Shown piece after piece: positions 12,537-24,972 of a DNA stretch of 64,000 nucleotides (within the stretch, counting starts at the first letter, position 1; each line of letters starts with the position of its first letter). The DNA comes from Paecilomyces variotii (Eukaryota). The position numbers and the translations under genes are program-made. The notes under the pieces are model-generated. The model was given only the letters and a program-made list of their open reading frames with translations, was not told where the DNA came from and made no database searches. The stretch lies in NCBI GenBank assembly GCA_004022145.1, contig RCNU01000002.1. One strand, 5' to 3'.

Positions 12537-13465
12537 GGCTGCTGATTTAGTCGAAGGAGAAGCAGGAAGAAAGCTTCAAGATATCGAGGGAAAGAAATGG
12601 TTCAGCACTCAGGGTCGTAGAGCTGCGATTGCGAAGCTATATACTCCGTGGACTATCAAAGGAAATACGGAAATAAGTACGTCGTTGAGCTCCACTCCAC
12701 TCAGACCTCACTATTGCAACACACCGTTTTCTCCAAACTTCTTTCGGGTCGACGAAGACTTCGCCAACCGAGCCCACATAATAATTCAGTCGACGGTTCC
12801 AATTTCTACGACTCTTTTCTGCTCCATCTACCGCTCATCGTCGTGAATGGTTGAGATGCTGTCCATGTCTGGAGCTCCGCTGCGGGATGTCCCGCCATGA
12901 CATCGTCCATGACCGCGTTCGGCTCTCGTCCGGTAGGTAATTGGATACCTTACCACGACGCGATCCTCTTCTATAACGGTAACTAGCACATACGGAGCTA
13001 GTGAACTGCTATCTATTAATATTCTCGACCTTGTCGGATTCAGGAGTCCAGTTATCCACAAGAGACCATCGGCGACGGCGGCCGCCCGCTGACAAATGAT
13101 GCCAAGTCTGGACTCTCTTTTGTTCTCCAGCGACGACTCTCAACCGCCAACTAGATAGTCTACTTATGGTCTCGGATACGTCAAGATAGACAATCCTGGC
13201 TAGTTCATCGCTAGAGCATGCTTCGTCGAGGAGCACAAGGTAGATTCTCGCTGGTGCTTGACAGGTTAGATGGCCTTTACCAGATAACTAAAATGACCTC
13301 TGTTGTTCAAACTCAACATACAGCATTGCAAGACCTTCAAGATCAATACAATACTTACTGTCATTTTAACTGCTCTGCTATACATTAATATATCATTCTT
13401 TCAAACAACCCCCGCATAATGCTAGACCGTCCCTGACCTAAAGCAGATGTGTTATAACTTCATTG

Positions 13466-13493
13466 AAAAAAAAAAAAAAAAAAAAAAAAAAAA
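13466..13493 (+). repeat. Poly(A) homopolymer, 28 nt
   Basis: Direct read of A28 in an AT-rich intergenic stretch. Confidence 0.95.
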
Positions 13494-13889
13494 CCAGGGA
13501 CATATATCTAGGGATAAATATAAGTTTAAACGCCCCTAGAACTTGAAACAAGTAAGCAATTCAAGGTGTTTAAGTCTGTGAGAATTTAAGATTACAGAAG
13601 CAAAGACCTTGGAAAGGCATTTAATACGGGAATTGAATCTGAATTGCTTAAAGAACTAGAGGGTACTAACATCTATCTGTTTATGCCTATAGGCTTTGTC
13701 CGAAATTCCTGCTGTCAGAAACAGATCTGAATTACTGTTTCCAAGCATTCGATAGTTCTAGCGTGTGTTCTTTAATCTGGCAACTACGGGTAAATCTAGG
13801 TAGCTTCCCGTTGCAGCTACTATCCGGTTTGCAGCTCGCCCCTACAGAAGCCGTAAGCGCTAACAACGTCAGACCTATGCTTCCGTGCT

Positions 13890-14530
13890 ATTTGATATTC
13901 GACACAGTAAGTACTACACATGGCACGCTCAGGATAAAAAATCCGCATCTTTGGCGAATTTAACCCTGTCAGCTAGGCGGAAACATGCTGCTATTGAGAC
14001 GCTACTTTATATTATCACCCAAACCAAAAGCAAAAGACGAAGGGAGCGGCGATAACTTACACTACTCCAACTCCAAAAAGTCATGGATAGCCCCACCTTC
14101 TTCTGCCAGTTCATGTGGAGAGACCAGATAGTTCTTTGCGGCAAGGACACCATTGTATAATATCAGTAATTACTTGGATGCTTACTGATGCCAGCATGAC
14201 TTTGGGTAATGAGTAGCATTTGCTTGGAAGGTAGAACTCCCAGATAGCTCTGTGTGGGACGCACTGCATGTTTAGGAGGTTATGCAGCAAATTCCCCATA
14301 CACACCAAACTGTTATGATGACCACACAAGCCCACCAGAATATGTTCCTCGTTTTATTGATAGGGACTAAAAGTTGACACCAGTTAAGTAAAATAGCTAT
14401 CTTCAGGAGAGGCAGGATAGCCGAGTAACAGCATCCGTATATCAGAACAAGCTAGGTTCCGTCGGTCCAGAGTTTCTACAGCAAGACATGAGAATCTATA
14501 TCAAATGGTTCAAGCGCAGGCTGACCACGT
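13890..14530 (-). pseudogene. Decayed PTH11/rhodopsin-type integral membrane protein gene
   Basis: Fragments in shifting frames: LVLIYGCCYSAILPLLKIAILLNWCQLLVP...FWWACVVII; LLNMQCVPHRAIWEFYLPSKCYSLPKVMLASVSIQVITDII; LPQRTIWSLHMNWQKKVGLS; IAACFRLA; GFFILSVPC; several frameshifts, stops and an internal deletion. Confidence 0.75.
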
Positions 14531-15907
14531 ATAATGTTGCATGGAGAAGAAGTACGGAAGAAATGGAGAAGAAATATAGTAGACTGGGGCCTACACAGAG
14601 CCACTCTTGGTATGTCTTAACTTCCAAGGTCCAAGTTGGGCTCGTAGTCCACATCACAGCACAGTCAGTCCCCATGTGTTTCGTACTCCGTACTCTATTA
14701 TACAATGAGGCTGAATGAACGAAAAGTCGTATTCCTTTGGCCCTGTGGGCCACGTATATCTGCCATCCATCTCTTATGGAATATATTGTGGCATATTGTA
14801 GTGGGGTTACTGCAAGTAAGTCGCATAATTATCAGTATCATGTTGAAGCTAATCGCTCACGTTGCAGGTTAGGCTTTTGGGTATTGGCTCTTTGATATAT
14901 AGTCCCAAAATTTAGCGCAGCGCAATCTACTCTGTAGTTACTTTATCCTTGCGGATGACAGGATAAAAACGCGGCTCATATTTAACAAGTAATAAATTAG
15001 TCTACTCTGTACAGTAATGATAGGTTCAACAGAGCCGGCCCAATGGGTTTATCTTCTGCCGGAAATCGCCTTGTGCGGAGCCGTCTTGAGGACTGGGGGA
15101 GAATATTTAGTTGACGCCTGAGCGCTACCAGCAATAGGAAACGGCCCCGCGCGGCCAAAGACTAAAACAATGTCGATGCATTTGACCATAGCTATGATTG
15201 AGCCTCGCACGGTCCAGTAGTGGTTGCAGAAAAGCGTTAAAGAAGACCCTATTGTGACAGATAGGCAGAGACACTTTGCGATTGACTGACATTGCCATTA
15301 ACTAAAAGTGATAATACCAGGGATCCGACATTGGCGCGGCCAAAGCCGTTGGAAAGGCACTGAGCATCCATGACCAAGAAGATAGTGCTTACGTCTAAGA
15401 AAGAGATCGCCAAATACCCTGACATGCTGCGAGCTTCTGATTCGCTAATAATATGGGACAACCAAAGAAAGGCCGCGGGGATATTGAATAAAAGCTCCTG
15501 GAAGTTTACTTGGGTTTTCCACTTAGTTCAACGGTATGCCCAAATTTCGGTTATTTCACTAGTCTAGCATGATGGCCTGCATGATGAAGGAAAGGGTACA
15601 AGGCTTTCCAATGGGATCTACGGAGTAGTCAGTCCACCTACACTCAAGACAGGCGATTTGTGGAATTTCTTACTGAAAATAGTTAGTTCTGCTGCTGTCA
15701 AATGGTGGAGAAGATGGCTTCACTGATAACATTTACCCGTCCGGTTTCGGCACCGTGGTTAGTTTGAAGTATATATATCATGCTCTATCAGATGAAGTAT
15801 GATTTATGCCTTCAATCAAGAAGGGATATACTCATGGTACCAGTAAGCTGGTACTCGCGTTCCTGAAATTATATTCCTCAATGGACTAAGGGAGGTCAGA
15901 CACCAAT

Positions 15908-18116
15908 ATGCCCTCGTTGCACGATGAATACCCTCCGGCATCCGGCCTGCGGGAAATGATGGCCCAGAAGCCCTTGCCAGTCATTCCTCCAGGTACTGTA
16001 CACGATGCCTTTACGCCCGGCGAAGAGTCAATCAAGCAGGCACTCGTGGTGCTAGAGAAATTCAACGCTGCTGTGGTAGAAAGTGATGCCAAGGAGCTGA
16101 GAGACTGCTTTTTCCCGAGTCAGGCGTACTGGAAAGATGTGTTGGCGCTGACATACCATCTGCGAACCTTCACCACTGTGGAAGCTATTGTTCCAGCTTT
16201 TCTGGAGACTAAGGATTTGAGGGGTATTGATGGCGAGATGAAGCTCGTGGAAGCCCACCTTATACCTGCGAGTCTTGTAAGCTGATAAACCCTCGGTTCC
16301 ATATCCCACCGCAGATAGGCAACTAACCCTACTATGGTGCTGTAGCAATTCATTGATTGTCGGATAAACTTTAGAACTAAGTCGCCGGCTGCTTCCTGCA
16401 GCGGGAGGCTTTTGCTTCTACCTATCAAGAGAGAGGAGACCCAGGAAATCGAATGGAAAATCTGGATACTGAGCACGATATTGGAAAATCTTGATCTGCA
16501 TCCGGAAAATGAAAGCCTGCTCCAGTTACCTAGCAGAGATCTGCAGGGTCTCGAATACATAGAAACAGATGTTTTTATCATTGGGGGTGGGAACTCGTAC
16601 GTCGAAGACTATAGCTTCTTCAATTCTTGTTATAATCATCTTTCTGACTTGCTTTCCTCATTCCAGCGCCGCTGCTCTCACTGCCCGTCTCAAAGCGTTG
16701 GGTGTTGAGAGCATTATGGCCGATCGTAATGGCGAACCCGGTGACAACTGGGCTCGTCGCTATGATAGCATGCGATTCCACGTTCCAACGTCCTTTTGCG
16801 AGATGCCGTACATGTGTAAGAAGCCTTTCGATTCCTCTCAAGCATTATTAATTGCCAAGTAGAAAGAGATACTGACATTAAGATCTATATAGGCTACCAG
16901 AAGGGTCCTGACACTCCACACTTACTCACTCGGAACGAGTTGGCCGAGCACCTACGGCGATATATAGACTCGTACAATCTTAATATTATCACATCTGCTG
17001 AGATCCAGTCGACACAATATAATCAACTGACCAAGCAGTGGACTGTTCAACTCCAGACCCCTAGTGGGAAACGTACAGTTATCTGCAAACATCTTGTCCA
17101 GGCAACCGGCATCGCATCGCAGAAACCTTATATACCGGAGCTCGATAATAGCAATCCCTATGAGGGCATCAATATCCATTCAAACGAGTATCAGAATGCC
17201 AGCAAGCTCCGAGAGCAAGGGGCAAAGGTACGTCAAGACGTGTTGAAACATAGTCTTATCTCCCAGAAAGATGCTGGCATCAGTTCTAAACTATTTGTAT
17301 TTCTAGTCCGTCCTGGTGATTGGATCGGCCAACACGGCATTTGATGTGCTTAGGGACTGTCACTTGGCTGGGTTTAAAGCCACTATGGTTGCCCGCAGTC
17401 GGACTTACATTGTACCTGTTGAGTATGTCTGTGACAAGAATAGCCTGGGACTTTATGATTTTGGTGTCGATACAGCCGATAGGTTTTTCTTCACATTACC
17501 AATTGCCGTGGAGAGCCAGTTTGGGCGTGATCTATTTGCGATGTTTGCTTCCAAGGAGCCTAACCGATATGATGCTCTGGCGAAAGCTGGTTTTCCTGTT
17601 ATTGATAGTCGAGATCCTGATTCGTTTTTGATGCATCACTTGGTCGAGCGAGCAGGTGGACATTACATGGATGTCGGCGATACTAAGCTTATAGCAGAAG
17701 GAAAGGCTAACGTAAAGGCTGGCGTGGAGCCCGTTGCCTATACAAAGACAGGTCTACTCTTCTCTGATGGCAGCACTGTCGATGCGGATGCCATTATCTG
17801 GTGTACCGGATTCGCAGACAGGGACGCTCGTTCTACGGCTGCTCAGATTCTGGGGGGTGGTAACTCTGTTTACGAGAAGGACCTGCTGGGTCCTCAAGAG
17901 ATTGCGGCCCGTCTAGATGCTACGTGGGGTATTGACTCTGAGGGTGAAATTCGAGGCATGTGGAAGCGTCATCTGCGCATTGACAACTATTGGATCATGG
18001 GTGGTTACACGCAGCAACATCGATGGCATTCCCGAACGCTGGCATTGCAAATAAAAGCCGCGCTTGAGGGTGTATTGCCACCGCCATATCGGGAAGTTCC
18101 AGTGCAAGGTGCGTAG
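15908..18116 (+). CDS. Flavin-containing monooxygenase (YUCCA/IAA-type FMO with N-terminal extension)
   Basis: Five exons; FAD motif IIGGGNS, GDNWARRYDSMRFH, VQATG, EGINIHSNEY, NADPH motif IGSANTAFD, DAIIWCTGF. Confidence 0.9.
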
Positions 18117-18248
18117 AATTCGAAGGTGCACTTTCTTCGAGGGATAGCTATTAGAGATTTAGGATTCTTCACCAATAAACAATCTGGCGAACAATGTAAG
18201 AGAGATATATTGTTGCACGTAGATGCATCTTCTCGGCTCCGATGTATC

Positions 18249-18366
18249 TCAGTGGTGTTCCCCGTCAGTTCTGCAACCTGGTACTTTATATTTGTTGGAT
18301 TAGCGGGTAATTTCAAAAATAACTGCCCTTGTGATGATACTGCAATTCTTGTGGAGCGCGTCAGCC
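18249..18366 (-). pseudogene. Mutated relic copy of the exon 2 region of the MRJP gene (direct repeat of 22500-22623)
   Basis: tcagtggtgttccccgtcagttctgc...gatgatactgcaattc.tgtggagcgcgtcagcc matches 22500-22623 with indels and mostly C>T/G>A changes; still encodes KYQVAELTGNTTE. Confidence 0.9.
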
Positions 18367-18486
18367 TTTGCTTCGGGCTTTTTCTGCCCTTCTAGTCTTG
18401 CTTTTGGTCTATCTAGTTTCAATCTTATTCTTTCGTCTTCCTCTCTCCTCGATATGTCTTGTCTTGTCCTGTCCCATTGTCAGAGA

Positions 18487-19403
18487 TTACCAGATCCCTC
18501 GAGGGAGGAGTTGGTCCCTGAGAGAGCAAATCTCTCTATGGAGCAGTGACCTCTGCTCTTCAAGTTCTTGGATATAAGCCACTGCCTTGGTCAGAACCTC
18601 AGCCTTGTTCTGAATCACGGTGCTGTCATTTAGAATGACTTTGATGCCCTTGCTCCGTAGGGAGGCGTTCGGCTTGCCTGCACGCAGGCTGGGGATGGCT
18701 TTGCCCAGGGCGATGAACTTGGCATTCATCTTGACCCGGTAGCGTCTCTCAACGGCATTGTGGGCGATCTTTCGTCTTGCCTTGGCGCTCTCTTGGGCCT
18801 CTTTTGTTAAGCACTGGCCACTCGCGACCTCTAGGAATGGCGTTGAGGGGATACTGGTGTCGCTCATTAGAGTTCGATGTGTCAATGGGAGGGGACAATT
18901 GTATCCAGATATTTGTTTGAGATTTGTCTCGAACTGCGGGCTGAGATGGTGCAGTGAAGCCTTCCCAGGCCTTTTCTCAATACTCTGCTGGATTGAAGCT
19001 GGGCTTCCCGCATGAGTTGAGGAATATTCAGAGACCGAAGTCGGGACTGGAGATAAGCTATTACTGCTTGAGATGAGTGAGGGTGATGTCGGTTCGCTAA
19101 TGTGATCCTACAGTCAAATATTGTATGTAAGAGATTGTTTGAACTCAAAGCAGATAGTGGGTAACTTACAGAATATGTTGGGTTGGAAGACATTGTCGGT
19201 GGATCATCATATGATTCTCTCTTCAAACTAGATGATGAAGGGTGTCTGTTTATATCATGCGTCGTGTCAAAGATCAAATGATTTCGCTGAGATCCCCACG
19301 GAGCATGCCAGGCAGAGTTCCACCACTCTAGACTGTAGGGATCTGCGACGATCGCTGTCTTAATATTCTCCGCAGATGTACTGTTTCCGACACCAAGCGC
19401 CAT
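18487..19403 (-). CDS. bHLH transcription factor, SREBP-type (Tyr in basic region), no transmembrane domain
   Basis: Exons ~19403-19169 and ~19107-18487 (GTAAGT...CTGAC-like branch...TAG intron restores frame); KIAHNAVERRYRVKMNAKF...NKAEVLTKAVAYIQELE. Confidence 0.85.
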
Positions 19404-21424
19404 TTCAAGGCGATAGGTATTCACAGCAAGCCTTTGACCGTAGTTATGCTGAGAGGAACGTTAGCATCTATTTCAAAATGGACCGGAATACTGCCTGCAG
19501 TGAGTGAACAAACGACGCACCATATCGATATCAATATGGTCTGGGTTATTCACCGCTATCACAGCCAATGCTGTGGAGTTATATGGCTGTAAGGCTGTCC
19601 TGCACAACAGATTGATATTCTTGACAGCTATTCAACGGGATAGACAGCAGATGAGTTTCTGAGAGAAGATGCCCCAGGAAACCGCAGCAGCAAGTTCTTA
19701 TGTTTGAACACACTGTAGAGAACATGCATAATCTCCATAGGTTGAGTGTCTGAAGGCCCATGCGTTTGCCATCTACCCGAGGTATACAAGTCTGGGCCTA
19801 CAAGCCTGGGCGACTCCCCTGGAGCAGGGGAGTCCTCGTTGAGAATCATTGTATTCGAGGTACTCTCGAGATCCCAACATTCCCCTCTTATCGTTCCAGG
19901 ACCATCTCTCATCGACGCGGATCTAGATCCAAGCCTGTGGCTTTCGCATACGAACTACTCCCCAGGGGTCCCGTTGACCGTGAGCGAATTGGCGCCAAGG
20001 TGAACCGGCTCTTCAGGCTAGAAGAGCTATTGTGGCTCATGGTCTGTCATCGGCTTCTGTTACCATCCAACTGGACCATGTCCGCCGCTATGGGCTTTTC
20101 TTTCAATCGAAAGCTCGGGTTCGATACAGGGGTCGGGATACTCCACCGTCACCGCGTTGAAGTCAATGGACAATGCGAAGCGGCCTCTGCGCCGGACAGT
20201 TCTCATTGAAAGTCCAGATAGAGGCCCACGGCCCTATCTGACGTTGAAAGTAACCTATAGATTTGGGCAAGCCTGGATATATCAATGGCTCCATGGAAAT
20301 TCTGAGTTTCACCCTTTGCCTCTCTGGGTCGCTGGTTTTTGCTGGGATCGCTAACCATCCGGGGGAGGGGCACTGCGCATATCTCTCGTCGATAATCATC
20401 GTGGAGGACATACAACGCTAAGTTTAGAGTGAAGATATTAGCAGTCCTTCTGAACCACAGCCAAATCTTTCTCGGTCGCAACTTGGGTGTAAGTATCTAG
20501 TTCGCCTTCTAATTATTCAGCTAGACAACTTCAAGTACTGCAGCCATACTCAACGTTACGACTGCACCAAGCCGCGCGGTCTTCCTGTCTAAACTAGATG
20601 ATGGACACCTCATGGAAATGGCCCGTGCATGACCGTTCAGATTAAAGATCCTGTCATGTTGAACGCGGCAACGGGCAGGCATCGTATATTTTGGGAACCA
20701 TCTCAGCCATCAAACCCTAAACCGCCCTGCACACATTGATACACGGCGATTTCCCGTGATCCGTGCGCTCTGGGATGGTTGGGCAAAGGTTAATTCCTTC
20801 CTTCAAGCCTTTCTAGATGCTCGGTTATAGCGAAATACCTATCTTCAGCCTTTCCAGCGGAGGCCGCCACAGGGACTGCCGGAGGCCTGAGCTGCGATGG
20901 TGAGATCGAAGATTGAGTTGCAGAAATGCAACAACCATGTCTAGTCCAATGCACAGGGAAGTTTGACTACGAGGCCGAGACTGGCTGATTATAGATCGAC
21001 GAAACTCATAGGTTCGTGGAGAAGTCAGCACCTGCATAATATTGACTACTCCATCCTGCTGTTTAGTTAAGTTATAGACAAAGTTTATTATTCACGATAT
21101 TCTCGTGTTCGCGTTGGATCCTTATCGATGCACTAGAGCTCGAATAAGACACAATGTACGGTCAGTGAGCCTCCGCCCTGAGATGGTTACTTGGTAGGAG
21201 TTGGATTTGGGTCCATTATCGACGGGGGTTGCCGGTTTCAGTGTATCTTGTGGGGATCTGTCAGACGTACCATAAAGAGAAGGTAGCTTTGATATGACAG
21301 ATGGATGGAAACTCTAACGTGCGATTCGAGGGACTATAACGTTCTCGTGTCTTTCATGGGAGTTTTGGGAGAGTTTCTGCACGCTAATTCTTGTATCGCA
21401 ACATCAGATCCTTGTACACTACAG

Positions 21425-22808
21425 CTACTTTAACAGAATCTTTCCTCCATTATCCGGGAGAGGCACACGATACAGCGCAAACGGCTTCACCCTCCTGTCA
21501 ATGCCTCCCTGGTTCGCCGGTCGTCTCCAGAGCTGGTTTTCAGTGAAATAGAGATATCCCTTGCCTGACTTCCCAGCTACACTGAAGGTATCCGTCCATT
21601 GAAGACGGGGGTCTCTTACGAAGGTCGACACTGTACCGTTCTGGGGGAAATAGACGTAGATGGAGTTGGTCTCGAAACTGCCCGCGTAGACATAGCCGTT
21701 AGTGTCCGACTCCAAACCATCGCTGACTCCCTTCTGTGTGATTTGGCTGACGGCCCCGTCAGCGAGGAGCTGCGCCGTGGGTGATTTGTGTGCGCGAAGC
21801 CTGGCAGTGGGAACAGAGTATAGATATCGTCCACCAACGTCGCTGAAGTAGAGGGTTTCCCCATCCGCAGAGAGAGTTATGCCATCACTACCCAAGCCGA
21901 AGGGAGTGATAGGCTGTCCGTCTCCCACGTTGTTGTAGACAGGTTCTCCCCAGACGGTGAAGAAGAAGCCGGGCTCCTGGCGCACGGCTGGAAGATTCTC
22001 TAGATGGCGCCAGGACTCACCGGTACCCAAGTCGACGACAATGATGCCATTGCGGCCTTCAAAGCTCGAGTCCGTGATGTAGGCGATTCCCTGACCCGAA
22101 GACGTGATATTGGGGCGTAGATCAAAACGAACATCGTTGGGGTATGACTCCGGGTACGCAACGTCCCGCGGAAACAGGATCGTCTGGAAGATACTGTTAT
22201 TGGAGAGGTTGACTCCGACTAGTTTAGGGCCACCGTAGGAAGAATACAGGATTGACCCGTCTGGCAGAGCTACTCGACCCGTATCAAGGATCCATAGTCG
22301 ATCTTTGGGATCGATCACCACGCTTTGCACAGAGATCAGGTGGTCTGGGTATCCTGCAGAAGTCTGTTATTTTGAAAAAATAGACTATTAGCACTTCCTT
22401 CTTGGTGGCTTGGAATATGTTGCGCATACCGGAGGAGTGGTGGTATAGTTGATAGCACCTCCTGGCGGGGTGTTGAACTCAGCCGATGGATACGGAACTT
22501 CAGTGGTGTTCCCCGTCAGTTCTGCGACCTGGTACTTCGTATTTGTCGGGTCAAGACCGAGTGGATAATTTGAAAATAACCGCCCTTTCGATGATACTGC
22601 AATTCCTGTGGAGCGCGTCAGCCACAGAAAGCTTGGTATGTGTCTTGACAGGTTCAGATCTGATGATGGATCCGATCTTACCTGTGGGCCACTCATCGAA
22701 ATAGTAATGCACTGGCTCTAAGGACGGCCCGGAGTATTGAGGGTCTCTTTGTCCTAATACTGGACTAAAGAGGAGAAGGCTTGAAAGAAAGAAGCCTGCG
22801 GAGCGCAT
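21425..22808 (-). CDS. Secreted major royal jelly protein / Yellow family beta-propeller
   Basis: Signal peptide MRSAGFFLSSLLLFSPVLG; WPTGIAVSSKGRLFSNYP, SVQSVVIDPKDRLWILDTG, NDVRFDLR, AYITDSS, GSDGITLS, SDGLESD, WTDTFS; three exons. Confidence 0.92.
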
Positions 22809-24972
22809 GATGACTTGTTTCACCCGGAGTTTCCGTGGGCAAACTATGTATGTACAAGTCCAGTCCGACAGGATTATTAGACTCAGCTGTTTGAACAAAT
22901 AGTGTACCAATGCTGGATGAAAGCTACAATTGTCTCAAGAAGCTGGCTGTTATTTAATAGATCTAATCCCCTCTCTTCGGCATTTTCGTCACCTTCTTTT
23001 TCCCGGAAGTCACAACACCGGATCTCCCGGCTGTCTTCATTGCCATTTGCAGTATGCTGTCACTGCGGCAGTATGCAGGAATCGTCTCGTGAGGTGCAAT
23101 AAATGATGATCCTTGATGCTGTCATTGCTAATACGGGAAGGCGGTTTGTCCTGACAGAGTCATGATCGACCATTGCGGGGAAATTGCTGATCACGACAAT
23201 CGAATGATGGATGACGGATAGAACTCGCTTTGAACAGACCACGAGACGTCATGGAGTCACAGAATCGAACCGAAACCAGCAGAAATACACTCCTGCAGAA
23301 ACGTCGAGCATTGGACGGGATAAAGCGAGATGGATGAACAACGGGATATATAAAGAGGCGTGAGAGTTCTTCGTGTTGTCACGATGACAGAGACGATGGA
23401 ACAGGATGGCCAAGCAACAACCGAGGTACCTTGATAGATTCAACGGATTGGCGAATGGGAGTAATTGCAACAATATGGAGTCGTAGATGGAGGAGGAAAG
23501 GTCCTTTCTATAGCTTCATGAATGTACAGAGATGTTTCAGTCCACTTGCGTAGAGATATGCAGAGATTCAGCTCGTGGCTTTAAATAATGTTAGTATTTG
23601 TTCAATGTGGTACTTAGTCGACTAAGTATCTACCCCGCAAAAATAATCACACACATTTTTATGGTGCAAAAACCACCTTGATGCTTCGATGTATGCCGTC
23701 TAATGCGACTTATATCTATTATTCGCTCCGCCCCACCGTTGAATTAACTCCAGCCCTCGTCCTGAGCAGATTATTAGCGTTGCGCTACGACATGTTTCGC
23801 CAGTAGTAGTGATGAGTATTTAGAAAGGTCCGTTCTGCCCGAGAAGTTTCAAGCAGACGACTCCGGTGCGAAACCCATAATTACTACTCTAACCGGAGAG
23901 GATCGCCGAAATCCAAGCATTATGACCCTCTGGTTCGCAAACTACGACTCCTCCTGCTCCGCAGAACGAGAGACGGCGTCGAGACTAACGCTCACCCTGG
24001 GCCACAAGGCCACGCGCGAACCCGTCAGTCTGGTTAATCTGATCCTGAAGATACCGCTGACTTGGCGTAGTGCAGACCCTAGGCAGCCTCCCGGATTCTT
24101 GGGAATACATAGGGCTCGATCGATCGGTGTGACCATCTCCACGCCGAACATCCCCGACGAAGTGGGAGAAATCGCGAAGCCAAAGCAGAGACTCAAGGAA
24201 CGCGTGATATCCAAAGTCTGAATTGCTCTATCAGCTCTCCACCAGAGTTCAATGTCGTGTACATGTCAACAGTTCCGGTTCCCCGATCGTCCCGGACCGA
24301 GAGGTTATTCAGTTCGTGGACCGTTGGTGATGGGGAACCTCAAGAATTGCGGTTCGGATCCCTTCCACATTCAGGATAGCATTCTCATCGCGATGGGGGG
24401 CATCGAACACCACTCATCGTCTCGCTTCCATCAGAGTTTGAGCCGAAGAGCTCTGCTGGGTCGACACTGAACCGGACTCCCCGTCATTTCCAACTTCAAG
24501 CAGTCAATAATCAATCATCCAGCCCCGTTAGGCTGAAAGAGTTGATTCACTCTTGTTCGATGGCAGAGACATGACTCGTCCCTAGACAACCGCCTCGCAC
24601 GACGCCCGCCGGGATTCTTGCTAGCTGTTTCTACCATACTTACTTATCGGCTGCCCCCCCCCGCGGAATTCTCTCCTAGCATCCCTTTAGACTCGCAGGG
24701 GCATTGATTGCTCTGTCCACGGTGGAAGAACAATTCTCCATTGGAGACAGTCCTCTCAACGCCGAATCTACTTTGTACTTCAAGCCCGGCCAAAATACCA
24801 TTACGCTGGCATTGCTCGTGGAGTTTCTGGTCACGAAGCCTTCCTCGCCTCAGCTTTTCTGATAACCCCACTTCGTCTAACGGCAAACCGTGGCGTTCGT
24901 TTCCGCCGTCCTCTATTGAGCAGCCGAGAGCACAGTATTATTGCTGGCACCAGACCCCGGACAGTGTGGACA

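Noticed and set aside
15908..18116. FMO split over several ORFs, suggesting a pseudogene
   Set aside because: Each break coincides with a canonical intron
18882..19424. Apparent frameshift or separate ORF upstream of the bHLH
   Set aside because: A GT-AG intron at about 19168-19108 joins both parts in frame
23611..23628. Perfect 18-bp palindrome TACTTAGTCGACTAAGTA
   Set aside because: A 9-bp-arm palindrome is not improbable in 64 kb; single copy, no associated element
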